Shown in pieces: positions 1 to 8,491 of a DNA stretch of 61,334 nucleotides; the stretch's first letter is position 1; each line of letters opens with the position of its first letter. A model generated the notes under the pieces. The model worked only from the letters and a program-made list of their open reading frames with translations. It was not told the origin of the DNA and ran no database searches. Position numbers and translations under genes: made by a program. Origin of the DNA: a bacterium (GTDB taxonomy: Bacteria; Bacillota; Clostridia; Christensenellales; SUG1161); contig JAQXFY010000003.1 of NCBI GenBank assembly GCA_029006015.1, forward strand, positions 1 to 61,334, in the 5' to 3' direction.

Positions 1-909
1 GGCCTGATCCATGCCGATCTTAATCTCGCGGTTGATGAGACGGCCGGCCTTGAAAATATCAGCCTCGTCCACCTCGGCGGTCACGCGCAGGTTGACACTG
101 CTGGCAGCCAGCTCCTGCACACCGGCATAGGTGGGCACAACAGGAAACACCTCGGGATACTTGGTGGGCAGAGATTCAAGAATATCCCCGACCACCTTCT
201 CGGCCTGCTCCAGGTTGGCAGCGTAAGAGATAGGCACATCACAAACGGCAAAGCTTTTGGATTTGGAGCGGTTGAGAACGGTGCGGATATCGGAGTTATT
301 GACGATTTTAATGTTGCCGCCGGCATTCTGGATGCAGGTAACACGCATGCCGATACTGATGACGGTTCCGCGGAAACCATCGTATTCGATAATATCGCCG
401 ATGTTAAATTCATCCTCAAAGGTAAGGAAAATGCCGGTGATCAAATCTTCAATCAGGCTCTCGGCGGCAAAGCCTACGATGAGCGCGATGATGCCGATGC
501 TGGCAAAGATGGTGCTCATGTTAACGCCGATGGCGTTGAGGCACCAGATGACGGTGACCAGGACGGCCGCATACATGATGATGCTGTTGGTCATGGAAAG
601 GATGCTCTGGCCTTTGCCGGTCTTGGGCTTAATCTTGCCAATAACCCATTTGATAGCACTATAGATGATGGTCATCAAAAGGGCAATCACAATGATCTGG
701 AAAATGGAGATCCAGTTGATGTGGATAATGGCAGAAACCTTGCTGATATCACCGAAAATGCCGGACCACGCCATGTAGAGCGCATCACGAGCACTGCGGG
801 GGAGGATGGGCAAAATCGAGGGATTTGTCAGGATCAGGAATACAACCAGAACGATGGCCAGCTTGATGATCCTTTTGCCGTAGGACCGCCCGGCTTTTTT
901 CTCTTCCAT
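1..909 (-). CDS. MscS-family mechanosensitive channel (C-terminal end runs off the left window edge)
   Basis: Missing from the ORF track because it is open to the window edge. My minus-strand translation from ATG 907-909 (GGAGG 9 nt upstream) gives MEEKKAGRSYGKRIIKLAIVLVVFLILT...IGIIALIVGFAAESLIEDLITGIFLTFEDEFNIGDIIEYDGFRGTVISIGMRVTCIQNAGGNIKIVNNSDIRTVLNRSK..., a typical MscS TM3 plus beta-domain signature. Confidence 0.85.
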   Translation of the reverse strand, partial: MEEKKAGRSYGKRIIKLAIVLVVFLILTNPSILPILPRSARDALYMAWSGIFGDISKVSAIIHINWISIFQIIVIALLMTIIYSAIKWVIGKIKPKTGKGQSILSMTNSIIMYAAVLVTVIWCLNAIGVNMSTIFASIGIIALIVGFAAESLIEDLITGIFLTFEDEFNIGDIIEYDGFRGTVISIGMRVTCIQNAGGNIKIVNNSDIRTVLNRSKSKSFAVCDVPISYAANLEQAEKVVGDILESLPTKYPEVFPVVPTYAGVQELAASSVNLRVTAEVDEADIFKAGRLINREIKIGMDQA

Positions 910-1526
910 AAAATGATACCTCCGAAAATTTGGTTAACCAGAGGAACTATATCAAAGGAGGAACAGAAAAGCAATATTTCTGTCAAAAAATAGAAAAAAG
1001 CACAAACACACATCAAATCAGCGCTGCGAAACCGGCTGCTGTCCCCTGACACCACAATGGGAAACACCGCGGCCAAAGCCAGCAAAGCCGGGCAGCTTTC
1101 ATCATGCTGCAGGGCTTCCCGATATTTCTCTAACCACATTTTGTGCTTTTAAAAAAATGCTGACCCGGCGTTATGTGTTTGGCAGCGCTTGGCACGCCTG
1201 GTAAACGGCATCTCCCAAACCGCAAACCGTTACTGCACAGCAAACCGCTGCATGATTGGATTGATTAAATGATAGCTGCTAACCAAACGATAAAACAACC
1301 TCATCAACACCCCAAAGCCGGAATGGGCTATGCGGCCAGAGGCCGCCAATCGGTGCAAAAGCAAAAAGTTGTCCCCATTTCCAGGCATAATTCCAACATC
1401 TATTACGGCATAAAAATTACCTGGTTTGAAATTGCATCAAGCCAGGCAATTTTTCCATGGTATCGCAACCGTATAGATGCCGTTTGGCGTTTTTTTCAAC
1501 CTCCCCGAAGGGCCCCCCAACTTCTT

Positions 1527-1626
1527 CACGATTCACGATTCACTATTCCCTATTCCCTATTACTTCCAAAAATCGGCCCCAGGTAAAAGTGAAGAGTGAA
1601 TAGTGAATAGGTAATAAGTAAAATCG
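1527..1626. repeat. Two mirrored arrays of degenerate heptad repeats separated by a 23 nt spacer
   Basis: Left arm 1527-1561 is CACGATT CACGATT CACTATT CCCTATT CCCTATT. Right arm 1585-1626 is AAAAGTG AAGAGTG AATAGTG AATAGGT AATAAGT AAAATCG, the reverse complement of the same CAC/CCC-TATT heptad family. It lies 30 nt downstream of the tRNA-Met 3' end. Confidence 0.75.
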
Positions 1627-1655
1627 ACAACCTTCTTGCGAAGATTGCCGATTTT

Positions 1656-1732
1656 TGGTTGCGGGGGAGGGATTTGAACCACTCGACCTCCGGATTATGA
1701 GCCCGACGAGCTACCAGCTGCTCCACCCCGCG
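1656..1732 (-). tRNA. tRNA-Met (anticodon CAU), initiator type
   Basis: The reverse complement reads CGCGGGGTGGAGCAGCTGGTAGCTCGTCGGGCTCATAATCCGGAGGTCGAGTGGTTCAAATCCCTCCCCCGCAACCA (77 nt, encoded CCA). It has a CAT anticodon and a C1xA72 mismatch, and is nearly identical to the E. coli tRNA-fMet backbone. Confidence 0.93.
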
Positions 1733-1768
1733 ACGTATATGCGCCATTTCTTCCGTAGCGCAGGAGTT

Positions 1769-1797
1769 ATTATATGGTATTTTAGCCTGCCTGTCAA
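1769..1797 (-). promoter_or_regulatory. Consensus sigma-A promoter for tRNA-Met
   Basis: Minus strand TTGACA (1792-1797), 17 nt spacer, TATAAT (1769-1774), about 35 nt upstream of the tRNA 5' end. Confidence 0.65.
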
Positions 1798-1836
1798 GTA
1801 TGTGCCAAGAAAATCTTTTTCATTCTTCCGCGGCCA

Positions 1837-1865
1837 TTGACACACATCAACAAAGGCGATAACAT
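1837..1865 (+). promoter_or_regulatory. Sigma-A-like promoter for the 1901 gene
   Basis: TTGACA (1837-1842), 17 nt spacer, TAACAT (1860-1865). Divergent from the tRNA promoter. Confidence 0.5.
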
Positions 1866-1900
1866 AGCATGGAAGCGCCGGATACGGCGGGGAGGTTTAT

Positions 1901-2218
1901 ATGCCGGGTTTTATCATTGTGCTGGGCGCAGCGCTTGTGGTATGGCGCCTGTTTTCGGCCAAAAACCGTGCCGCCATCTGCCGGGTGCTGGGCGCGGCCA
2001 CGCTGCTGTGCTATGTCAGTACGATGCTGGCCGCCATCGTATCCGCCATTAGCATTTACTTTGGCGTACAATCTTTAAAAAGCCAGGTAGAAGCGCAAAA
2101 TGTGCCTAACCGCCTGTCCATCTGCCTGACGGGTTTTGCCCTGTGCGTGGTAGGCATCGGCCTGTCGCTGCTATGGACGCAGCTGATCTTCCCCACCATT
2201 GCGGAGGGGATGAGCTGA
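1901..2218 (+). CDS. Small membrane protein of unknown function (105 aa, 3 predicted TM helices)
   Basis: GGAGG 8 nt upstream of the ATG. Hydrophobic segments: FIIVLGAALVVW, LGAATLLCYVSTMLAAIVSAISIYF, LTGFALCVVGIGLSLLW. Confidence 0.7.
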   Translation: MPGFIIVLGAALVVWRLFSAKNRAAICRVLGAATLLCYVSTMLAAIVSAISIYFGVQSLKSQVEAQNVPNRLSICLTGFALCVVGIGLSLLWTQLIFPTIAEGMS

Positions 2219-2501
2219 CTTGCGTCCCCCGTCAATGGCCACCCGGGCGCCGTTGGCGCCGGCATTTTCCACGGCATGCGTGCCCACCGCAAGGCAGGAT
2301 GCGCCGGCCAGGCCCTTGCCCACTTTTACAAACGGCAGGGCAGCGCACATCGGGCCCGCCATATGGTATTTCCACGCTGTTGCACAAAGCCCGCAGGCCC
2401 ATTGCCTGTTCCGGTTGCCCCAATCATGGCCGTGCTGCGTACCGGGGCATGGCTTAATCTTGTTACATCCGCCGGCGGCTGTCTGCTTCTATCATATAAT
2501 G

Positions 2502-2530
2502 AAAAGGAGGGGGACCCCCCCCTCCTTTTT
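2502..2530. terminator. Bidirectional intrinsic terminator
   Basis: AAAA-GGAGGGGG-accc-CCCCCTCC-TTTTT. It lies 19 nt downstream of the ABC gene stop (minus strand) and also faces the plus-strand 1901 gene. Confidence 0.8.
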
Positions 2531-2548
2531 ATGCGGCATGGCCGATGC

Positions 2549-4705
2549 CTAGTTCCTTAAAATACGGTCGGGCTCATAGGCGTTTACCTTAAACACGGTA
2601 AACAGCGTGGGCAGGGCGATCGCCAGCGCGCATATCCCCATGATGATGGGAATGGCCACCGGCGTCAACGTGATGCCTACTTCCGCAAACAGGCCGATGC
2701 GCCTGGAAACCAGCCACAAGATGCCCGTCAATACAAAGGCATACACACATGTAAAGCCCGCCTGCAGCGCCGCCTCCGTTAGCATAACCCGGCAGATTTC
2801 CCCTTTTGTCAGCCCGTTGGCCTTAAGCAGGGCAATCTCAAATTTGCGGTGGGAAACATAGTTGCAGAAAATGATGGTCATCATAACAAACAGCACAATT
2901 AAAATAACGCCCGAAACAATCATCATCGCCTGGCGGGTATTGCGGATGCTCATTTCCATGCGCTGCAAATCCTGATATTTGTTGGTTAGAACATAGTTTT
3001 GATCGATGCGCTGCAATTTTTCCATTACATCGTTTACGCTGGCTAGATCCTGGGCGTAGATAAGATAGGCGCTGGTGCCCAGCGGCTTGCATTGCTTAGG
3101 GATTGTAAAATCCCTGGCGGCCAGGGTCATATAGCCCTGCAGCTGGTCATACGGGATATAGATGCAGTTTTCGCCATATTCGGTATAGCAGGTATCGTTG
3201 CGCACATCGTTTCTAAGCACGCCGGAGATGGGCAGCGTGACGGTGATTTTTTTATGGTAGTACAAGTCGATGGGATACTGTATTACTTGCTCCTTGTCGT
3301 TCCTCCGCTCTAGTTTAGAGTGGAACACGCACACGGGCACAAGCGCATCCCACGTCAGCATAACATCGCGGTCACCCTCCTCAATCCCCAACCAATAGGC
3401 CATGGGGGCAGACAGGTAAACACCGCCCGGCTTATGCTGGTTTTCCAGGCTATACTTCAGCTTGGCATCCAGCTTTTGCTGGGGCACCCAAGGCAGCGCA
3501 ACAAACTGATCGTTAGCGCTGCCTATATCGGGATTGATTGTAAGATTTCCCTCCGGATCGGGGATGGCCACTTGATAGGGTGTCACACCTTGCTTGGCGA
3601 TAGAAAACACCGTATCCTCCGACATAGCCACTTTGCCCTTTTCATCAATGACGGCACCCCATCCCGGCAAGATATAATAAGGGTATGCCGCAGTTATGCC
3701 TAAAAGCCCTCCAAACTGGTCAGCCTGGTCGCTTGCAATATGCAAATCATACTGGGAATAATCATTTGCAGCATTGGGAACAGTTCGATTAACCAGAAAA
3801 ATCTCCCGATTGGATATTTCGTTCACAAACTTTGCCTGTTCATCCCCCACATTGTTACCATAGAAGAATGAAAGTGTGCCCATGGCGATCGCCAGCGCGC
3901 ACAGCACCAGCATCAGCTGCTTGCCCAGCCGGTTGCGCCGCCCGGCCACCCAGGCATACCGTGCAAAAAAGCTGCCTTTCAGCCCCTTCCCCCGGCCACC
4001 TTTTTTATCCTGCAAACCGGGTTTTTCCCCAGGCGTATCCTCCGCATCCTGTTGGTTGGATATCATTTGCCCGCAGCCCTGTTCAATTTTATAGATGCAA
4101 TCCGCATGGGCATATATATCCGGGTTATGCGTGGCAATAACCACCATTTTCCCTTCCTGATGGGCTACTCGCTCCAGAATATCCATAATCATCCCCGCAT
4201 TGGTTCCATCCAATGCCGAGGTCGGCTCATCCGCCAGCAGCAAATCCGGCTTCTTGGCCAGCGCGCACGCGATGGCCAGGCGCTGCCTCTCCCCGCCGGA
4301 CAGGCTGCCCGGCCAGGCATTTGCACGCCCCGGAAGGCGCACATAATCCAGAAGCTGCTCCACTTCCCCTTCCTCCGCCTCCCGGCAGGAGGCTCGGATA
4401 GCAAAGGCGATGTTTTCACCCACCGTCAGGGCATCGTTCAGGTTATTATCCTGAAACACATAGCCGATTTGAGTTTTCCGCACAAAGGCCTTCTGCCTGT
4501 CATTGGCAGTATCCACCTCCACACCGTTTAGCCGATACTGGTAGGCTTTGTTGGAGGAGATCAGCCCCAATGCATACAACAGGGTGGTTTTGCCGCTGCC
4601 GCTTTCCCCGATGATGGCGGCTACCTGCCCATCCCCCAGTGTAAAGCATACATCCTGCAGCACCACCCTGTCGAAAGATACCGATAAACGGGATAACTCC
4701 AGCAT
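2549..4705 (-). CDS. MacB-like ABC transporter, fused ATPase plus FtsX-type permease
   Basis: N-terminal Walker A GESGSGKTT, signature LSGGERQRLAIA, Walker B LLLADEPTSALD. These are followed by one TM helix, an extracytoplasmic domain of about 330 aa, and three C-terminal TM helices (FtsX/MacB topology). SD is AAAGGGAA. Confidence 0.88.
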   Translation of the reverse strand: MLELSRLSVSFDRVVLQDVCFTLGDGQVAAIIGESGSGKTTLLYALGLISSNKAYQYRLNGVEVDTANDRQKAFVRKTQIGYVFQDNNLNDALTVGENIAFAIRASCREAEEGEVEQLLDYVRLPGRANAWPGSLSGGERQRLAIACALAKKPDLLLADEPTSALDGTNAGMIMDILERVAHQEGKMVVIATHNPDIYAHADCIYKIEQGCGQMISNQQDAEDTPGEKPGLQDKKGGRGKGLKGSFFARYAWVAGRRNRLGKQLMLVLCALAIAMGTLSFFYGNNVGDEQAKFVNEISNREIFLVNRTVPNAANDYSQYDLHIASDQADQFGGLLGITAAYPYYILPGWGAVIDEKGKVAMSEDTVFSIAKQGVTPYQVAIPDPEGNLTINPDIGSANDQFVALPWVPQQKLDAKLKYSLENQHKPGGVYLSAPMAYWLGIEEGDRDVMLTWDALVPVCVFHSKLERRNDKEQVIQYPIDLYYHKKITVTLPISGVLRNDVRNDTCYTEYGENCIYIPYDQLQGYMTLAARDFTIPKQCKPLGTSAYLIYAQDLASVNDVMEKLQRIDQNYVLTNKYQDLQRMEMSIRNTRQAMMIVSGVILIVLFVMMTIIFCNYVSHRKFEIALLKANGLTKGEICRVMLTEAALQAGFTCVYAFVLTGILWLVSRRIGLFAEVGITLTPVAIPIIMGICALAIALPTLFTVFKVNAYEPDRILRN

Positions 4706-5060
4706 ATAAATTCCCTTTTCTCTATCATTTTACATTTGTATATGGAATGGCTTTCGTACTGTTTGCAATGGGCGCCTGGCAAAACTTATCCTTATGCATG
4801 CGGGGATGCCGTATATCATCCGCCCAACAATCAACCATTGTCTGCGCCGCGACAGCCGCCTTTACATATGCCACTCCATATACGCTAATTGCTATTCTAC
4901 ACATTTTATCGATGCTATCAATAAAAAGCCCACCCGATCCGGCATATTTGAGCATGTATTTTTGTTAATTCCTGCAACGATCTGGCCAAAAAGCTTTTTT
5001 CATGTATATTTTTAGAGTCTGGCCCTTTCCAAAGGCCGCGCCCCGCTTGCAATGCCCTTA

Positions 5061-5097
5061 TAAAAAAGCCGGCAGGCCCAAACACCGGCTGCCGGCT
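5061..5097 (-). terminator. Intrinsic terminator after tadA
   Basis: Stem AGCCGGCAG / CTGCCGGCT, followed on the minus strand by TTTTTT. Confidence 0.75.
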
Positions 5098-5140
5098 AGA
5101 TTTTGATGCTCATCGCCCCAACAGGCGGAAACTTGGGCGC

Positions 5141-5590
5141 TCAGCCATCCTGCCGCCTGGCCTTAAAAAATTCCCGCATCAGCTGGGATGCCTGATCGCA
5201 CGCCAGCCCGCCAAAGCATTCCGGCGCCCTGGGCAGCCCCTCCAGCGGCGCCACACGCCCGCCCAGCGCACCCGCCACGGGATCGGGCGCCGCGTAGATG
5301 ATGCGGGCAATCCGCGCCTGATAAGCTGCCCCTGCGCACATGAGGCAGGGCTCCAGCGTGACATAGAGCGTGCAATCCGCCAGCCGCCAGCTGCCCTTTG
5401 CCCTGGCCGCCCGGCGCAGCGCGATGATTTCGGCATGTCCCATGGGATCGCCACCCTGCTCGCGGGTATTGTAGCCCTCGCCCAAAATGGTTTGCCCCTG
5501 GGCGACAACGGCGCCAACGGGCACCTCCCCCTGCTGGCCGGCCAGGCGCGCCAGCTCCAGCGCGCGGCGCATGATATCCTCCGGCTTCAT
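5141..5590 (-). CDS. tadA: tRNA-specific adenosine deaminase
   Basis: 149 aa with CMP/dCMP deaminase zinc motifs HAEIIAL and PCLMCAGA. Its ATG overlaps the upstream stop codon (ATGA). Confidence 0.9.
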   Translation of the reverse strand: MKPEDIMRRALELARLAGQQGEVPVGAVVAQGQTILGEGYNTREQGGDPMGHAEIIALRRAARAKGSWRLADCTLYVTLEPCLMCAGAAYQARIARIIYAAPDPVAGALGGRVAPLEGLPRAPECFGGLACDQASQLMREFFKARRQDG

Positions 5591-6105
5591 GGTGCTTGCT
5601 CCGGCTGGGGGGCATCCACCAGCACCACCGGGTTGCCGACAAAATCCAGGTAGCGCTTAAAATCCGCGGTGGACAGGCACAGGGAGGCCGTGTTGATGCC
5701 GGGATGGAAGCATACCTTATCCTGCCCCATCACATCCCGGTCGATAAGCACCGTGATGGGCCGGGCGCCGGGGTGTACCAGCGCCAGGGGGGATACCGCC
5801 CCGGGGATAACGCCCAGCATGTCCATCAGCACATCGGGCTTTAACAGCTGCAGCTTGGTGGTGCCGATCTGCTGGCCGGTATAGCGCAAATCGGCCCGCT
5901 TATGCTCCTGCAATACATACAAAAACTTGCGCCCCTCCGCCCGCCGGACGGGTTCAACAAACAAATTTTTGCAATGCGGCACATCCATCAGCTGCGAGCG
6001 GATGGCCGCCGCATCCTCCATGGTATAAACCGGCCGGTGCCGCTCCACCACATAGGGGATATGCAGGCTGTCCAGCGTTTGATAGATAGTATGCTCCAGA
6101 TCCAT
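5587..6105 (-). CDS. YbaK/EbsC/ProX-type aminoacyl-tRNA deacylase
   Basis: 172 aa. The motifs HCKNLFV, GAVSPLAL and VCFHPGINTASL are typical of the YbaK editing-domain family. Its start overlaps the SNF2 gene stop. Confidence 0.8.
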   Translation of the reverse strand: MDLEHTIYQTLDSLHIPYVVERHRPVYTMEDAAAIRSQLMDVPHCKNLFVEPVRRAEGRKFLYVLQEHKRADLRYTGQQIGTTKLQLLKPDVLMDMLGVIPGAVSPLALVHPGARPITVLIDRDVMGQDKVCFHPGINTASLCLSTADFKRYLDFVGNPVVLVDAPQPEQAP

Positions 6106-7946
6106 CAGGCATCTTCCTTTTCCTGTTGTTGCATTTGTAAGGTGTGGATAAGCTCCATCACATGTGCACGGGCCGCGCGCTCGGCAGCATCGGTTTCCTC
6201 GCGGGTGGGCACGCGGTCGCCCATCAGCTGGATAAACTGGCTGACTTTAAGGCCCAGCACCTCCTGCATGGCGCGGTCGCTTCCGCGGGAGGAAACCAGG
6301 TAATAGCACAAAATGGAATCCTGCTGGCCCATGCGGTGGGCCCGGTCCTCCGCCTGGGTATGTACCGCGGGCGACCAGTCCAGTTCCCCAAACACCACGC
6401 AGGAGGCCATCTGCAAATTAAGGCCGGAGGCCGCGCGCAGCGAAATGACGCAAAGGCGCGTCTGCCCGCCCATAAAGGCCTGCACGGCGGCATCCTTTTG
6501 CCGCTCGTTTTCCCGCCCGGTGATAAACATGGGGGAATAGCCTTTTAAATCGCGCGCGTAGATATCCATCACGCGGTGATGGTGCGCAAACAGCAGCACC
6601 CTTTCCCCGGCATCCAGCAAAGCCGCAACAAAGGCCGCCACATGGGGTGCCTTGGCCACGCCGGTGGCCTGGCGTTCCTCCTGCGCGATCTGTTCGATCA
6701 AAAGCGCCCGCTCGCTGCCGTCGGCTGCCTCCTCCAACCGTTTGGCCTTGCTGGCGGCCTGCGCCAACAGGGCGGAATAGACGTTGGCATCGGAATCGAT
6801 CTCCTGCACCAGGCGGCGCTTGGGCGGCAGCTCGCGCAGCACCTGCTCCTTGGTGCGGCGCAGGATCATCCCTTCCTCCCGCAGATAGGCGCCCAATGCA
6901 TCGGGATCGAGCACCGTGTTGTTGCCATAGCCATCGCACCACTGGCGCGAAAAGGATTCCCAATCCCCCAGGGCATGGTATTCCAATATATTAAGCACGT
7001 TCCAGATTTCCCCGCCCCGGTTGTAAATGGGGGTGCCGGACAATCCCGCCACATATTCGGCCGATTCGCTCAGCACGCTGGCGGCCGAATATTTTTCCGT
7101 GCCGGCATGGCGCAGTTCCTGGATTTCATCAAAAACCACCACCGGAAAGTGCATGGCCGCCAGCGCCTTTCGCCATCCGCGCAGCAACAGATAATGCACG
7201 ATATATACCTGGACCTCCGGCAGCTCATAAGGCGTCAGCCCACGCAGGATATGCACCTTGGGCGGCTGGCCATCGGGGGTAACCAGAAAGCGCTCCACCT
7301 CCCGCTGCCAGTTGCGGCACAGGTGGCTGGGCACCACGATAAGCGCCGGCCAGCGGCCGACCAGGCTCATCCACGCCAGGGCCTGCACGGTTTTGCCAAG
7401 GCCCATCTCATCGGCCAGCAGCGCGCGCCCCATGCGCAGCAGGTAGCCGACGCCTTCCTTTTGGTATTCCGTCAGCGTGCCGCAAAACGTCGCCGGATCG
7501 GGCACCGCCTTGAGCGGCTGCAGGCGCTGCAATTCCTTGGAAATGGCCATACGCCTGGCATCGGCAATGGCCTGCTGCCATTTGGCCTCGTTTTGAATGC
7601 GCAGGGGATAGCGCATCATCAGCCAGTTCAGATCCGCCACGCACCTGCGGCTGGCCGAAAAGCGCACGCTGTTTTTTCCCCGCCCTTCGCACCCCGGAAA
7701 CAGGCGGCGCGCCATCTGGATGACCGCAGGCTCGCCCTTGATGGTCCACACCCGGGTGCGCGGCAAATAATCCAGCGTGCCATAAGGCCGCTGGGCCATT
7801 GTTATAGGGCGCAAATAATCGGGCAGCAATGCCTGCTCATCCAGTTCCCCGGTGCCCTGGGCAGCATCCCAATCCATGTCCATATCCGCCGCCCCGGCAT
7901 CCTGCCAAAGCTCCTGCTCCTCCATCATCCAATCGCTACCCCCCAT
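6105..7946 (-). CDS. SNF2-family DEAD/H helicase-like ATPase
   Basis: Motif I LADEMGLGKTVQ, motif II DEIQELRH, C-terminal helicase motifs GLNLQMASCVVFGELDWSPAVHTQAEDRAHRMGQ. The ORF is open up to 8054, but the likely start is ATG 7946 or the ATGATG at 7923-7928, which overlaps the upstream TGA. Confidence 0.88.
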   Translation of the reverse strand: MGGSDWMMEEQELWQDAGAADMDMDWDAAQGTGELDEQALLPDYLRPITMAQRPYGTLDYLPRTRVWTIKGEPAVIQMARRLFPGCEGRGKNSVRFSASRRCVADLNWLMMRYPLRIQNEAKWQQAIADARRMAISKELQRLQPLKAVPDPATFCGTLTEYQKEGVGYLLRMGRALLADEMGLGKTVQALAWMSLVGRWPALIVVPSHLCRNWQREVERFLVTPDGQPPKVHILRGLTPYELPEVQVYIVHYLLLRGWRKALAAMHFPVVVFDEIQELRHAGTEKYSAASVLSESAEYVAGLSGTPIYNRGGEIWNVLNILEYHALGDWESFSRQWCDGYGNNTVLDPDALGAYLREEGMILRRTKEQVLRELPPKRRLVQEIDSDANVYSALLAQAASKAKRLEEAADGSERALLIEQIAQEERQATGVAKAPHVAAFVAALLDAGERVLLFAHHHRVMDIYARDLKGYSPMFITGRENERQKDAAVQAFMGGQTRLCVISLRAASGLNLQMASCVVFGELDWSPAVHTQAEDRAHRMGQQDSILCYYLVSSRGSDRAMQEVLGLKVSQFIQLMGDRVPTREETDAAERAARAHVMELIHTLQMQQQEKEDA

Positions 7947-8311
7947 AGCGCGCGCAGCGAAACGCAAGCGCAAGGCTTGCCTGTTTGCCTCTCCAACATC
8001 GATATATCCAGCGTCCGCTCGGCAACCAGCACCAGCGCAGTCACCTGCGGGCACGCCAGGTACCGCCTAAGCTGGCAAAGCGTTTGCCGGGTAGCCCTGC
8101 GTTTGATTTCCAAGGCCACGCCGCCTGCACATAAATAATCCACGCGGCATCCCGGGCCGATCGGGCATTCCGCCCGGTAAGCCACACCGCTTTCTTCCAA
8201 TATACGCGCCACCGCGGCGGACAAGTCGGCCTCCAGCCTCGAAGGGGGAAGCCGAAGGCCGGATAACGCGCGGCATACTTCCTCCATGGCGGGGGATGTG
8301 CGCTGCTGCAT
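7925..8311 (-). CDS. Small PD-(D/E)XK-like (VRR-NUC-like) protein
   Basis: Start reset to ATG 8311 (AAGGGGA 8 nt upstream). The core RVDYLCAGGVALEIKRRATRQTLCQL fits a D...ExK...Q nuclease-fold signature. Its stop overlaps the SNF2 start. The functional call is tentative. Confidence 0.6.
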   Translation of the reverse strand: MQQRTSPAMEEVCRALSGLRLPPSRLEADLSAAVARILEESGVAYRAECPIGPGCRVDYLCAGGVALEIKRRATRQTLCQLRRYLACPQVTALVLVAERTLDISMLERQTGKPCACVSLRALWGVAIG

Positions 8312-8426
8312 GTTCCATTTCCCCTTAAAGGCCCGCCCTAACCGGGCCATATTTTTGCCATTTTAAATAGATTACCACAGCCAGCAGTACAAAACAAGCC
8401 CAGTTTTTTCGATTATTTTGGACGCA

Positions 8427-8455
8427 TTGACAAAATGTCGAATTTTGTCTAATAT
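8427..8455 (+). promoter_or_regulatory. Sigma-A promoter with an embedded perfect palindrome (candidate operator)
   Basis: TTGACA (8427-8432), 17 nt spacer, TAATAT (8450-8455). The spacer is the inverted repeat GACAAAAT-gtcga-ATTTTGTC (8429-8449). Confidence 0.6.
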
Positions 8456-8491
8456 CTGAGTATGGATTGGTGAAGGAGGGAAAATATCGTT

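Noticed and set aside
834-1139. 101-aa minus-strand ORF overlapping the mscS start
   Set aside because: It has no SD, overlaps the real MscS N-terminus in another frame, and has no recognisable motif.
2171-2362. A short minus-strand frame (AGPMCAALPFVKVGKGLAGASCLAVGTHAVENAGANGARVAIDGG) in the 330 bp gap after the 1901 gene looks protein-like and could be a gene fragment
   Set aside because: It is only about 45 residues, has no start context, and the upstream continuation is nonsense. I could not place it in any family. It is too weak to call a pseudogene.
6576-8138. 520-aa plus-strand ORF antisense to the SNF2 gene. The same applies to 31528-33447 (+, 639 aa, antisense to uxuB/uxuA), 42512-43747 (+, antisense to clpC), 50232-51641 (-, antisense to the BNR gene), 19548-20603 (+, antisense to rbsK), 13747-14601 (-, antisense to the Gfo gene) and 57692-58492 (+).
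   Set aside because: The translations are Arg/Gly/Pro/Ala-rich with no recognisable motifs. In each case the opposite strand encodes a protein with unambiguous family signatures. Long antisense ORFs are expected in DNA of about 60% GC.
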